Shown here in pieces: positions 28,728 to 38,400 of a DNA stretch of 62,241 nucleotides. The translations under genes and the position numbers were made by a program. The notes beneath the pieces are model-generated. The model was not told where the DNA came from. It saw only the letters and a list, made by a program, of their open reading frames with translations, and made no database searches. The DNA is taken from the IMG/VR virus record IMGVR_UViG_3300031857_000175, positions 1 to 62,241 of that record. One strand, given 5' to 3'. This stretch comes from a virus (taxonomy: Duplodnaviria; Caudoviricetes). Each line of letters opens with the position of its first letter. Within the stretch, counting starts at the first letter, position 1.

Positions 28728-30392
28728 ATGGGCGCACTTCCAATTGCTGTTATTGATCCTGTTGCTGACCGCGAGTTCAGCGACCTTCCGGTCGCTAGCA
28801 TCTCGCTGAATGGCTCAAGCAGCCTGCCATCAGACGGAGCATCCGGAATCGCGGCTTGGGACTGGGTGCTTCGCTCTAAGCCCCCTACTAGTGCAGCGTA
28901 CCTCGGCAGCGCTACGACAGCTACTCCTACACTTCTGGAAGTTGACGTTCCGGGCTCGTATCTTGTAAGCCTTAAGGTCACCGACAACCTTGGCATTGAA
29001 TCCTTTAGCGGAATCGAGCCCGTCCAAGCTAATACAGCTCCGTACGGTTTCACCTTTCCACCTGCCTCCTCCATGCTCGCTGTTCGGGTTCGAACGGCTG
29101 GTGGTCTTGTGAAGGTGGCGTACAGTGAGCGCGCTTGGCTTGAGAAAGGCTTGTGGGAGCTCGTAGATAAGATCGACGAGCACACTGCAGTTATTGATCA
29201 AGTTGAAGCCACGACTGGAAGCGGTCAGATTTACGCCGACGATATCTTTGAAAAGACCCTAGGACATGGAATTGATGTCCACCATTTGGTCAGGCTAAAC
29301 GAGCTTCAAAACCGAACCAGCGATCTTCTGATCCAGACCACCGGGGCGTCCAACGGCATCTCACTGCTCTCGGCAGATACGATAGATTTGAGCTCAGAAG
29401 GTGAGACCTCGCTATTGGCTAGCTCTGTGACGATCGAGTCGTCGGCTGGAGATATCGCGCTTGAAGCAGGTACGGCATCCGTCCTCGTGAGTGGCGGTGA
29501 TATTACAATCACTGCGTCCGAAGACTTCCTATGCGACTCCACTGGCAGCACTTCCATAACTTCAGGTGGGAATCTCGACGTCAGCTCTACCAGCGGTGAC
29601 ATCACCATTGAAACGCTTGGTAGCGACGGGGATATTACCATCAGTACAGATGGGACAACGGCAGCCATAAGTCTAACGACTGCTAACGCCGATATTTCCC
29701 TCTCGGCTCTTGGTGCTGACGGCGACATCACGCTCACGGCGTCGGGGGTCACCGGAAACATCAATCTGTCTGCAGGTAGCGATATCGGAATTACTGCTAC
29801 CGGCGGGTCCAAGTCTGTGACGCTGACTGCGTCTGGTACCGGTGGCACGGTAGTCCTAGCTCCGGTACTGCACACCACGTCAGTTTCCCCCGTCTTTGCC
29901 CCCGGGCTGCTTCAGAGTAAGACCGCCGAGGAAAAGCACACTGACCAGTTCTCGGGTAACGTCTTTACCTCTCCTCCTGTTTTTAGCCGTTACGAAGACG
30001 GCTCTGAGCTTACGGCCGACATGGTTCTTGCAGTTTATGACTCAAAGGCGGCTCCTGTTGAGGTGCGCGTCAAGCGCAACAGTACTGTACTCGCTACCTT
30101 CGAGATGCCTACGCCCTTGTTCGCAGGATGGCGCGTAGTTCGCATCAAGTGCTCGACACGATTTGGCCCCGACCAGATCTCGTCCAACTTTGTTGAGCAC
30201 CAGTACTCCGACGTCATGAGCACAGGTGGGTCGTCGACCTCGGATACACGCGGGGTGGCCTACCATGTGCTCAGCGAAAGCCCGCGCCCGAGCAGCATTG
30301 AATTTAACGTTGAGCTCGTTGACGCCGTCGATGAACTTCGCGCGCAGATGACGTGTACGCTTGCTAACCCGCACGGGCGAGAAGTTCTCTAA
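28728..30392 (+). CDS. Virion structural protein: PKD/REJ-like domain + beta-helical repeats
   Basis: SLNGSSS...WDWVLRSKPPTS...DVPGSYLVSLKVTD, then repeated GDITITAS-like units. Confidence 0.65.
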   Translation: MGALPIAVIDPVADREFSDLPVASISLNGSSSLPSDGASGIAAWDWVLRSKPPTSAAYLGSATTATPTLLEVDVPGSYLVSLKVTDNLGIESFSGIEPVQANTAPYGFTFPPASSMLAVRVRTAGGLVKVAYSERAWLEKGLWELVDKIDEHTAVIDQVEATTGSGQIYADDIFEKTLGHGIDVHHLVRLNELQNRTSDLLIQTTGASNGISLLSADTIDLSSEGETSLLASSVTIESSAGDIALEAGTASVLVSGGDITITASEDFLCDSTGSTSITSGGNLDVSSTSGDITIETLGSDGDITISTDGTTAAISLTTANADISLSALGADGDITLTASGVTGNINLSAGSDIGITATGGSKSVTLTASGTGGTVVLAPVLHTTSVSPVFAPGLLQSKTAEEKHTDQFSGNVFTSPPVFSRYEDGSELTADMVLAVYDSKAAPVEVRVKRNSTVLATFEMPTPLFAGWRVVRIKCSTRFGPDQISSNFVEHQYSDVMSTGGSSTSDTRGVAYHVLSESPRPSSIEFNVELVDAVDELRAQMTCTLANPHGREVL

Positions 30393-30422
30393 TCCTAACC
30401 AGATCTGAAGGGTGGGGTACCT

Positions 30423-30965
30423 ATGTGGTCTGGGGCTGGAAATATCCTGTTCGGCGGGGCTGGTGACCTAGAAGGCATCCTCAGCATGGGGGCAGGTGAC
30501 CCTCTAGGGTTCCTGACCCTTCAGGCTGGCGTTAGAGTCATTGGAAGCGAATTTATCTGGGATATTCGAAACGCCACCAGCCGACAGTCCTCTCCCGTAG
30601 AGTACTCTCAGCAGGGCGGAGCCCTTATAGACGTTGTCAGCACCATTTCACCGTGGCCCGCTGGAACCTATAAAATCAGGGTCGCTTCAGTTCTAGGCCA
30701 GACCTTCCCGCAGGTTTTTCCAAACGCGCACAGCGGAATCGAGGGAAAGAACGACGAGATCGTTCCGATTCACGCGTCGGTTCTCAGGTTCGCCATGCCT
30801 AGGGTGCCGCTCGGGGTCTACTCGATAAGGATCACACACGACTCTCAGGTTATGGAGATACCCGACGCAATCCGAGCAGTCCCAGACCCATCCTCGCTTG
30901 AGGTGAACCGGTTTAGGGGTTTCTTCAATGTGGAGGTCTACTCCAAGCGCGGACCAGTCACGTAA
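30423..30965 (+). CDS. Putative structural protein (Ig-like)
   Basis: Beta-rich with an LRFAMPRVPLGVYSIRIT IPT/Ig-like pattern; GAG-repeat N-terminus. Confidence 0.45.
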   Translation: MWSGAGNILFGGAGDLEGILSMGAGDPLGFLTLQAGVRVIGSEFIWDIRNATSRQSSPVEYSQQGGALIDVVSTISPWPAGTYKIRVASVLGQTFPQVFPNAHSGIEGKNDEIVPIHASVLRFAMPRVPLGVYSIRITHDSQVMEIPDAIRAVPDPSSLEVNRFRGFFNVEVYSKRGPVT

Positions 30966-30977
30966 ATCGAGGGCACC

Positions 30978-32057
30978 ATGACCATTTCGGTTATCGTAAA
31001 TAATTCTGAAGAGATCGATGTGGTCGGGTCTGGTGCCGTCACAGCTCCGCTCGATGTTTCAATCTGGCAGGTAGGTGCGTCCTCGCCAGATGTTAGATGG
31101 CGATCAATCGGTACGCAGTCTCTGCGCTACTCCGATCCAACTTTCTCACATTACGACATACCAGGGTTCCCAACCTCAGGAACAGTCACAAGCCAAGTCA
31201 TTCAAATATCTGATTCAAATCATACTTTTAATTTTGATATGATGCTAGATATTGAAGTCCCTGAACAGTATGACCAGTTCTCGCTGCAGATCTTAACTGG
31301 ACCGCTATGGTCACCTAATCTTGTTTTAACGAAGGAGTATTTTAGCGCGGCCTTAGGTCAGACCTTGGTGCCGTTCGCTATCGACCTTTCTAGTTATACA
31401 GGAAGTGAAATTAAGCTTCATTTCGCCTTTGACACCGTAGACGGTACGGGAAACTCCGCTACTGGAGTTACAATCACCAACACCAGGCTGTCTGGTATAA
31501 CCAATAATTATTTAGATGAATTTAAGTTCTCTAACAGGGGTATATACAGCAAATCTTTTGTGCTTAAGGTTGATCGCGTTGTGGCAGCACCTGCTGTGCG
31601 CCTAAAGGTGACACCCTTTACCCCAGGCGGGGACTACACTCTCAGCTGCAGGTCAGACGGCCTTCCTGTCTCAGATGATTTTGTTGTTCCCGCTGGCGTT
31701 GAGAATCCCGCAGGTGACACGATAGCACTCATCATGCCGAGAGAGCACGGCATCCTTGAGGCACTGACCTTCGCGGTAGGGCGAGAGCTCCAGACTACTT
31801 GGGGGCGCCCAACAACTCGCGTCGCGTTTGATTACAAACCAGGGGATGATGTCCTCCGCGTCAACAGCACGCTTGGATTCCCCAACAGCGGCTCTATCAG
31901 CGTGGACGGTATACTCATTCAGTATACCGAAAAGGCCGACACGGCTTTTCTCGTTGGAGACTATCGCTACGTCTCCTTTTCGATCGGAGATATCGTGACC
32001 TCCGATGTCAAGTCGATTGAATCCGGTTCCAGGACTTTCCTCCTGCCTGATGAGTGA
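30978..32057 (+). CDS. Structural protein with MAM/jelly-roll-like domain, baseplate-associated
   Basis: IDLSSYTGSEIKLHFAFDTVDGTGNSATGVTITNTRL pattern. C-terminal LRVNSTLGFPNSGSISVDG is a small fibre/baseplate-type domain. Confidence 0.5.
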   Translation: MTISVIVNNSEEIDVVGSGAVTAPLDVSIWQVGASSPDVRWRSIGTQSLRYSDPTFSHYDIPGFPTSGTVTSQVIQISDSNHTFNFDMMLDIEVPEQYDQFSLQILTGPLWSPNLVLTKEYFSAALGQTLVPFAIDLSSYTGSEIKLHFAFDTVDGTGNSATGVTITNTRLSGITNNYLDEFKFSNRGIYSKSFVLKVDRVVAAPAVRLKVTPFTPGGDYTLSCRSDGLPVSDDFVVPAGVENPAGDTIALIMPREHGILEALTFAVGRELQTTWGRPTTRVAFDYKPGDDVLRVNSTLGFPNSGSISVDGILIQYTEKADTAFLVGDYRYVSFSIGDIVTSDVKSIESGSRTFLLPDE

Positions 32058-32911
32058 GGGCTAAAATGCGCGGTCTCTGGTCTCAGATGGAGGAGAGCTG
32101 GCGGAACACCTTGGTTACTAGGGCCGAGGGCTTCGCCCTTAGGAACCTTTCCATCCTCTATGGGCTGCCGCAGCCTATAGGGGAGATCCCCGAGGCCAAC
32201 TGGCGCGGCGTCCTCTCCGCCTTGGCCTACGGGAAGCGTGGTACGTTCCAAGATACCTACGTAGCTATCCAGCGCTGCTTCGATTTTCTAGCCGACGCGT
32301 TTGTCGGAGATATTCTCCATGAGAATGGCTTGGTAGTGATCGAGAGCAGCGATATCGATCCCCTGTATTTGAACAGGCTGATTCAGATCGATAATAAGAT
32401 TTATTTCTCGAGGCGACTCCCAACCTCAACCAAAATGGAGTTGGTAGAAACCTCAACTCTTTATTGGGAGGGTGCTAAGCCCGCCAATATACCCGTTGCG
32501 CAGGACGTACCCGTAAAGGTTCTCGCGTTCGTCGTTTACGAGCGAAACCCCGGACGAGTCATAACGCTCAGTCCATCGGGGCAGCCTAACGGAACTGAAC
32601 TTTTTACGAAGGGCGAGGAGTGCCTCTTCGAGCTCGTTCTGTATAAGAATCAAGAAAATTTAATACCAAAGACGTGGTTACAAAATCCGGATTACGAAGT
32701 CCCTGGGACTATTACGCCACCACTTTATAACGCCCCTTACGGCGGAGCTATCCTGACGTCAGAGTTGGAGTTTGGAAATCCAAATGGTGGCGGCCCTTAT
32801 CCCCTGTATGCTTACAGCGGAGAAGTTTACTCGCAGGCTGAGCGTATTCTATCTTCGACGCTGGCGGCATCAGTTGAGCTCAGGATCTCGATGAACCCGC
32901 CCCCGCTGTGA
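32054..32911 (+). CDS. Baseplate wedge protein (gpI-like)
   Basis: TLVTRAEGFALRNLSILYGL...WRGVL...KRGT and terminal LAASVELRI; GTGA translational coupling. Confidence 0.6.
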   Translation: MRAKMRGLWSQMEESWRNTLVTRAEGFALRNLSILYGLPQPIGEIPEANWRGVLSALAYGKRGTFQDTYVAIQRCFDFLADAFVGDILHENGLVVIESSDIDPLYLNRLIQIDNKIYFSRRLPTSTKMELVETSTLYWEGAKPANIPVAQDVPVKVLAFVVYERNPGRVITLSPSGQPNGTELFTKGEECLFELVLYKNQENLIPKTWLQNPDYEVPGTITPPLYNAPYGGAILTSELEFGNPNGGGPYPLYAYSGEVYSQAERILSSTLAASVELRISMNPPPL

Positions 32912-32978
32912 CCCACACGGACGCATGGCGTTTCTGAGATCAAAAGTTATTGGTAGTTTGTCTTAAATCGGAGGCGCA

Positions 32979-33317
32979 ATGAGCGAGCTCACCACATTTA
33001 ACCGCCCCTTGAACTTCAAGGGGCTTCAGGTCACCGGGCCAATGCGCCCGAAGAACGGCGAGGTCGTGCTCGACGGTTCCAACACGGACTACGACCCGTC
33101 GCGGTTTTCGGCGCACGTTGTCCAGTGTGACGCGCCCTACACGATCGAGGTCCTCGGGCCTTCGCGCGTTTGGGCTTCTTACCCCGGGCAGGCCGGTGGT
33201 CTCAGCAACGAGATCGCGATTATTCGCGGTCGCTGGCTGGGCATCAAGATTCTCACTGAGGGCCAGGTTTGGTTCCAGTCCGACCGTCACGGCGACGCTT
33301 GGGCGGGCGTGTTTTAA
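32979..33317 (+). CDS. Small beta-rich hypothetical (putative virion) protein
   Basis: GGAGG RBS and codon bias like the capsid gene. Confidence 0.6.
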   Translation: MSELTTFNRPLNFKGLQVTGPMRPKNGEVVLDGSNTDYDPSRFSAHVVQCDAPYTIEVLGPSRVWASYPGQAGGLSNEIAIIRGRWLGIKILTEGQVWFQSDRHGDAWAGVF

Positions 33318-33326
33318 GGAGCTGCC

Positions 33327-34370
33327 ATGTACCCCGACGTTGTCACTGATCGTAAAAACTCGGATGTGTCAGAGCCCCTTACCGCCCAGCAGGCGGAGGT
33401 TCTCGACAAGCTCCTTAACCCCGCCGGAAGTCTCTTCCGCGTGGGTGGGCGCATCGCAAAGGCAGAGGCCACGCTTGCTGGCGCTCCCCTCATTGAGGGC
33501 AAGTCCGGCAACACCATCCTCATCACCAAGGAAGGTGGTGAGTATGCGAGCCTGCAGGACGCGATCGACGCCGCGGTCCCCGGCGACGTGATCGTCGTGG
33601 GTGCGGGCAACTGGGGTGACGTCGTGCTCAAGGGCGGCGTCAGCCTTATGGGCCTGCAGCCGCCCAAGGCCCTGCAGGTTGTCCTCAGCAGCCTGACCTT
33701 CGCACCTGACGAAGGCGACACCGCAGCAGACAACACGGTTTACGTGTCGAACCTGCTCATCAGCGGTGGTGGCAATGATACGCTGCTGGAGCTCGGCGGC
33801 AACGATCCCATCCGGGCTTACTTCAGCGGAGTGCGCGTCTACCGTGACGAGGCTCCCGCCACGACGGCCATGGTCGTGTGCGCGGGTGACGATGCAACCT
33901 CGACGATTGAGTTCGAGAACTGCCTCTTCACCCACGAGGGCGGTCAGGTCGCGTCCGCCCTCACGCTGCTGTCCACCTCAGTGCGTTACCTGAACTTGGT
34001 CGACTGCTCCTTTGCCAACGGCGGGCGCTCCCTCGACGTCACCGGTGGTGACCTCGTGGTGGCAGCCACCACGCGCTTTGAGACCGGCTCGACCGTCGCG
34101 GCCCTGCGCGTTGGTGCTAGCTGCACGCTGAGCCTCGGCAGTTGCTTGGTCACCAACTCGGGCACGAACTGCTCGGGTGTTGAGCTGGTTGCAGGCACGT
34201 CGACTCTCGTCGCGTCCAACACTGGCTTCAACGTGGCGGCAGGCACGGGCAAGGCCGTGCTCGCTACGGCTGGCGGAACGTTCCTCAAGGGCAACGTTGT
34301 GGCCAATTTTGGCAGCAACAGCTCGGTGTCCGGTGGCGTGACGCAGGTTCCACTGACTGCGGTCTCTTAA
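33327..34370 (+). CDS. Pectin-lyase-like beta-helix fibre/spike with N-terminal anchor
   Basis: GEYASLQDAIDAAVPGDVIVVGAGNW is a right-handed beta-helix start. First ~50 aa are paralogous to 34390..34605. Confidence 0.75.
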   Translation: MYPDVVTDRKNSDVSEPLTAQQAEVLDKLLNPAGSLFRVGGRIAKAEATLAGAPLIEGKSGNTILITKEGGEYASLQDAIDAAVPGDVIVVGAGNWGDVVLKGGVSLMGLQPPKALQVVLSSLTFAPDEGDTAADNTVYVSNLLISGGGNDTLLELGGNDPIRAYFSGVRVYRDEAPATTAMVVCAGDDATSTIEFENCLFTHEGGQVASALTLLSTSVRYLNLVDCSFANGGRSLDVTGGDLVVAATTRFETGSTVAALRVGASCTLSLGSCLVTNSGTNCSGVELVAGTSTLVASNTGFNVAAGTGKAVLATAGGTFLKGNVVANFGSNSSVSGGVTQVPLTAVS

Positions 34371-34389
34371 TTTTTTGTAAGGAGTTTCT

Positions 34390-34605
34390 ATGTACCCCGA
34401 CGTTGTCACTGATCGTAAGAATTCCGACGCCTCCGTTCCCCTCACGGCCACGCAGGCGGACGTTCTCAGCAAGCTCCTCAACCCGGCGGGTACGCTTTTC
34501 GCCGTTGGCGAGCGCCTCGCGGCTCTTGAGGCCAAGGTTGCCGAGCTCGAGGCTGACCTCGCGGCTCACATGGCCGTCTCTGGTGGGGATGCGGCTCACC
34601 CCTGA
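34390..34605 (+). CDS. Anchor-only paralog of 33327 with coiled coil (71 aa)
   Basis: Own TAAGGAG RBS. First 29 nt are identical to 33327-33355. LAALEAKVAELEADL heptads. Confidence 0.75.
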   Translation: MYPDVVTDRKNSDASVPLTATQADVLSKLLNPAGTLFAVGERLAALEAKVAELEADLAAHMAVSGGDAAHP

Positions 34606-34627
34606 GTTCGTTTGAACCCATGAGATT

Positions 34628-34654
34628 GGATGCCACGCTACCCGCGTGGCATTC
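34628..34654 (+). terminator. Stem-loop (terminator or mRNA-stabilising hairpin)
   Basis: ATGCCACGC-TACCC-GCGTGGCAT perfect 9-bp stem, but a weak U-tract. Confidence 0.55.
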
Positions 34655-34684
34655 CTATATCCGCCACACGCCAAGCGAGGGATT

Positions 34685-35479
34685 ATGTCATCGCCTACTT
34701 CGACGATCCGCTTTGGGCGGTCCTACTACCCCTCGAAGCAGTTTGCTTCCGCCTCTGCTGAGATCGACCCCCACGAGTGGACGGGTACGATCGAGCCTGA
34801 TCAGATGGCGGTTTTCGGGCCTGGCGGAATTGGCGGGACCTGGGCGGAGTCCACGAATCCCTACGAAGACGGCGATCAGTACACCCCCTCTGGGTACACC
34901 TACCGCAACGTCGTCGTCCTGAACGTCTCTGACCCGTTCGCGGACAACTTCCTCTTCTTCGGGAAGAGCGCTCATGACGTGTACGACGGCCCTCGCCGGG
35001 CGATCGTGACGCCGCGTGGTCCTTGCTACTCGCAGGGCGAGTACGACCAGTTCATCGTCTACAACTACAGCGCCACCAATATCACGCTGAGTGTGCAGTG
35101 GGACCACGCCGGTACGCCCTCCTCGACCAACGCTGGGCACCCGGGCCACGGCCACGTCTCGATGGACGTCAGCGATTTTCTGATCGCGGGCGGCATCCAC
35201 GTTCTCTACCCTGCGTGGAAGCGGGCCCGCCAGATCACGGCGGTTCACCTCTACACGAAGTCCGGTGTCCCGGTCGCAGGGGGCGCCCTTGGCCTGCTCG
35301 TGAACAACTCCTTGGTTGGAGCTCCGATCACGATTTCGACCTTAGCGGCTGGTTACAGCACGCAGTCGGTTGGGCCTATCGACCTGACAATTGCTAGCAC
35401 CCTCCAAGTTGTCCTCGACGTACCGGCGCAACCCGCCGGTACCGACCTGATCGTCGAGCTCGAGTACGACTTCGCCTGA
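34685..35479 (+). CDS. Putative fibre-associated structural protein
   Basis: ATG chosen at 34685 after GAGGG. C-terminal beta-sandwich pattern (ITAVHLYTKSGVP...LQVVLD...GTDLIVELEY). Directly precedes the repeat protein. Confidence 0.55.
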   Translation: MSSPTSTIRFGRSYYPSKQFASASAEIDPHEWTGTIEPDQMAVFGPGGIGGTWAESTNPYEDGDQYTPSGYTYRNVVVLNVSDPFADNFLFFGKSAHDVYDGPRRAIVTPRGPCYSQGEYDQFIVYNYSATNITLSVQWDHAGTPSSTNAGHPGHGHVSMDVSDFLIAGGIHVLYPAWKRARQITAVHLYTKSGVPVAGGALGLLVNNSLVGAPITISTLAAGYSTQSVGPIDLTIASTLQVVLDVPAQPAGTDLIVELEYDFA

Positions 35480-35487
35480 GGTGAGCC

Positions 35488-38400
35488 ATGTTTTTGCGCG
35501 GATGGCGGTGGCCTAGAAAACTTTGGTATTTTTCGGGCGGCATTCTTCCACTGAATGCCACGGTTACGCCTGTTGCAGCAGACGCTATCGGAACGTCCGT
35601 TGGTCGTCCGATGGTCGTCATCGACGACGGCCTCGTCCCTGAGGCCTTTGGGGCAATCGGAACCTCCGTAACGCCCGTCATAAGTATCATCGATACCTTT
35701 TCGCCGCAGACCTCTCCCGCCATCGGCACGTCTGCCTCTCCGACGGTACACGTCTCCGACGTCAGCGTTCCTGAGGTTTCTGACGCAGTAGGCGCACCCT
35801 CGGAGCTGACGGTTCACGTCTCTGACGTGGTCACCCCCGACGCCTCGGACGCAATTGGGTCTTCTGCTCAGGCTCAGGTCGTAGTTTCTGACACCTTCAC
35901 GCCTGACGTTGCCTTCGCGCTCGGCACAGTTTCGAACGTCTTTATCTCAGTCTCAGACTTCGTGGTGCCCGCAACAGCAGACGCCAAGGGTAGTGTGGCC
36001 TACCCGATCGTCATTATCGGCGATTGGATCACGCCCTCAAGCGAGCCCGCCGTAGGGACCGTTGCCTACGCCACGGTTCACGTCTCCGATTCGTTCGACA
36101 CTACCGTCGCAGACGCTATCGGCACCTCCGCCTTGGCTAGGGCCATCGTCGCAGTCTCGCCCGAGACCAGCGATGCCACCGGTACGGTGGCTGTGCCTCT
36201 GATTGCCCTTGCGGTTTCGCCCACCACTACAGCCGCTGTGGGGGCTTCGGGCGAGGAAGGTCTTTTCATCAACGTCACCCAGACGGTTGAGGGTACCCTG
36301 CTGTTCGCAGGGCCTACCCGCATCGTCTTGGGGGCGGCTGCCTTCGCGACCCCGGGCGAGTACGACCTCTTCCGGTACACACCAGGCTCGTTCCCCGGCG
36401 GCCAGGGTGCCCTCGACACGTACGTCACGATCGACACCTCTGCCGTCCCGAACTTCTTCGTCGCCGCCCTGACTGACGATCCTGCCACTGGGCGTGTGTT
36501 CCTGCGCCTGCTGCAGCGCTTGGTTCACGTCTCTGACAGCTTCACCCCTGCGACCTCGGCGGCCGTCGGAACCTCGGCAGATGCCTTGGTGGCCTCTGGT
36601 CTCTCCCCGCAGGCAAGCGACGCAGTCGGTACCGAAGCTACAACGCTGCCGAGCGTTGCCTACTCGCCCTTGGCTGCGGCAGCCCTCGGGACGGAATCCG
36701 TCACCACCGTACACGTCTCAGATGTCTTCCGACCTGAGGCGGCCCACGCTAGAGGAACAGAGTCTTACCCAGTCGTCATTATCGGCGATTGGATCACGCC
36801 CTCTAGCGAGTCTGCGGCCGGCACGTCTGCCAGCCCGACTGTTCACGTCTCTGACGCAGTTACGGTAGAGGTCTCCGACGCCGTCGGTACGGTATCTAAC
36901 ATTCAGATAGGCTCGGCCCTCGTGCCGGGCACGACAGACGCACTCGGCACCTCTACCTCGCCCACGGTGCACGTCTCTGACGTCTACGAGCCCGATGCGG
37001 CTGACGCAGTCGGCACGGTCTCGGACGCCCTTGTGGCGGCTTCCTTCGCGCCCACGGTGTCCGACGCCGTTGGCACGGCAGCCGGGGCAACCGCACACGT
37101 TTCGGATTCCGTAACGCCCGATGCGGTCAATGCCATCGGCACGAGCACTGATGCTAGCGTTGCGCTCGCTCCCACCCTTACGGCAGCTGACGCTTCGGGT
37201 ACGGCGGCCACGCCTGCGGTTCACGTCTCTGACGTGTTCCAGGTCACGACGGCCAACGCCGTAGGCACCGTTTCGTACCCAGCGGTCATCATAGGCGACG
37301 CAGTAACCCCCGAGAGCTACCCGGCGCTCGGCACTTCGGCAACGCCTTCTGTTCACGTCTCCGACGTGGTTACGCCCGATATTACCGACGCTGTCGGCGC
37401 GTCGGCGGATGCTCTGGTTGGAAGCGCGCTCAGTCCAAGCACGTCCGACGCGCTTGGAGTGGCGACTGATGCACTGGTAAGTCTGTTCTTCGTGCCGGAG
37501 GCGCTCGCCGCCGTCGGTACCTCGGCGGATGCTCTCGTGACGGTGTCGGATACCTTCGAGCCCACGGCTGAGAACGCTATCGGCACGAGCGCGAGCGTTT
37601 TCGCAGTTATCTCGTTTATTCCCGCCGTGCAGGATGCCCTCGGGACTGCTTCCGAGACCTCGGTCGTCGTGTCGGATAGCTTCACGCCGGCTGACGCTCA
37701 CGACGGCGTCGGAACGAGCTCTGACGCACAGGTTTCGATCTCTGAGGTCTTCACGCCCACCGTTTCCGACGCGATCGGTACGTCGGAGGACGCAACCTCA
37801 GTCACCTCGAAGACTTTCACGGTCTCCGCTTCCGACGCACTCGGTACTTCTGAATCGGCCATCCCAATGGTCGACGATGCGTTCTCGCCCTCGACTACCG
37901 CAGCCGTCGGTACGTCTGTCGACGCCGTAATCTCGATCTCCGACTCCGCGACCCCCGAGACCTCCGACGCAGTCGGCACCGTTTCTGACACGACGGTTTC
38001 TGTCTCGGTGCGAGTCACCCCCGGAGCTACCGACGCAGAGGGTATGTTTGAGGACGCCATCGTGGCGGTCTCTGACAGCTTCACTCCTGAAGCCCCGAAC
38101 GCCGTCGGAACGGCCTCAGAGGTCACAGCTCACGTTTCCGACAGAGTTACCCCCGAGATCTCTGACGCCATTGGCACCTCGGCCGCAGCGAATATTTCGA
38201 TCTCCAAGATTTACACCCCGAGCACGATGGATGCTAAGGGTACCGCGACCTACCCGGTGGTCATCATCGGCGACTGGGTCACGCCTTCCAGCGAGTCTGC
38301 CCTCGGAACGTCCTCGACTCCGACCGTCCACGTTTCCGACTTCGTCGTGCCTGAAGTCGCCGATGCCCTCGGGACCTCTTCGACGTCCGTGGCGGTGGTC

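Noticed and set aside
30978-32911. Frameshift-split baseplate wedge gene
   Set aside because: The two ORFs overlap by GTGA, ordinary translational coupling, with no slippery site; treated as two genes.
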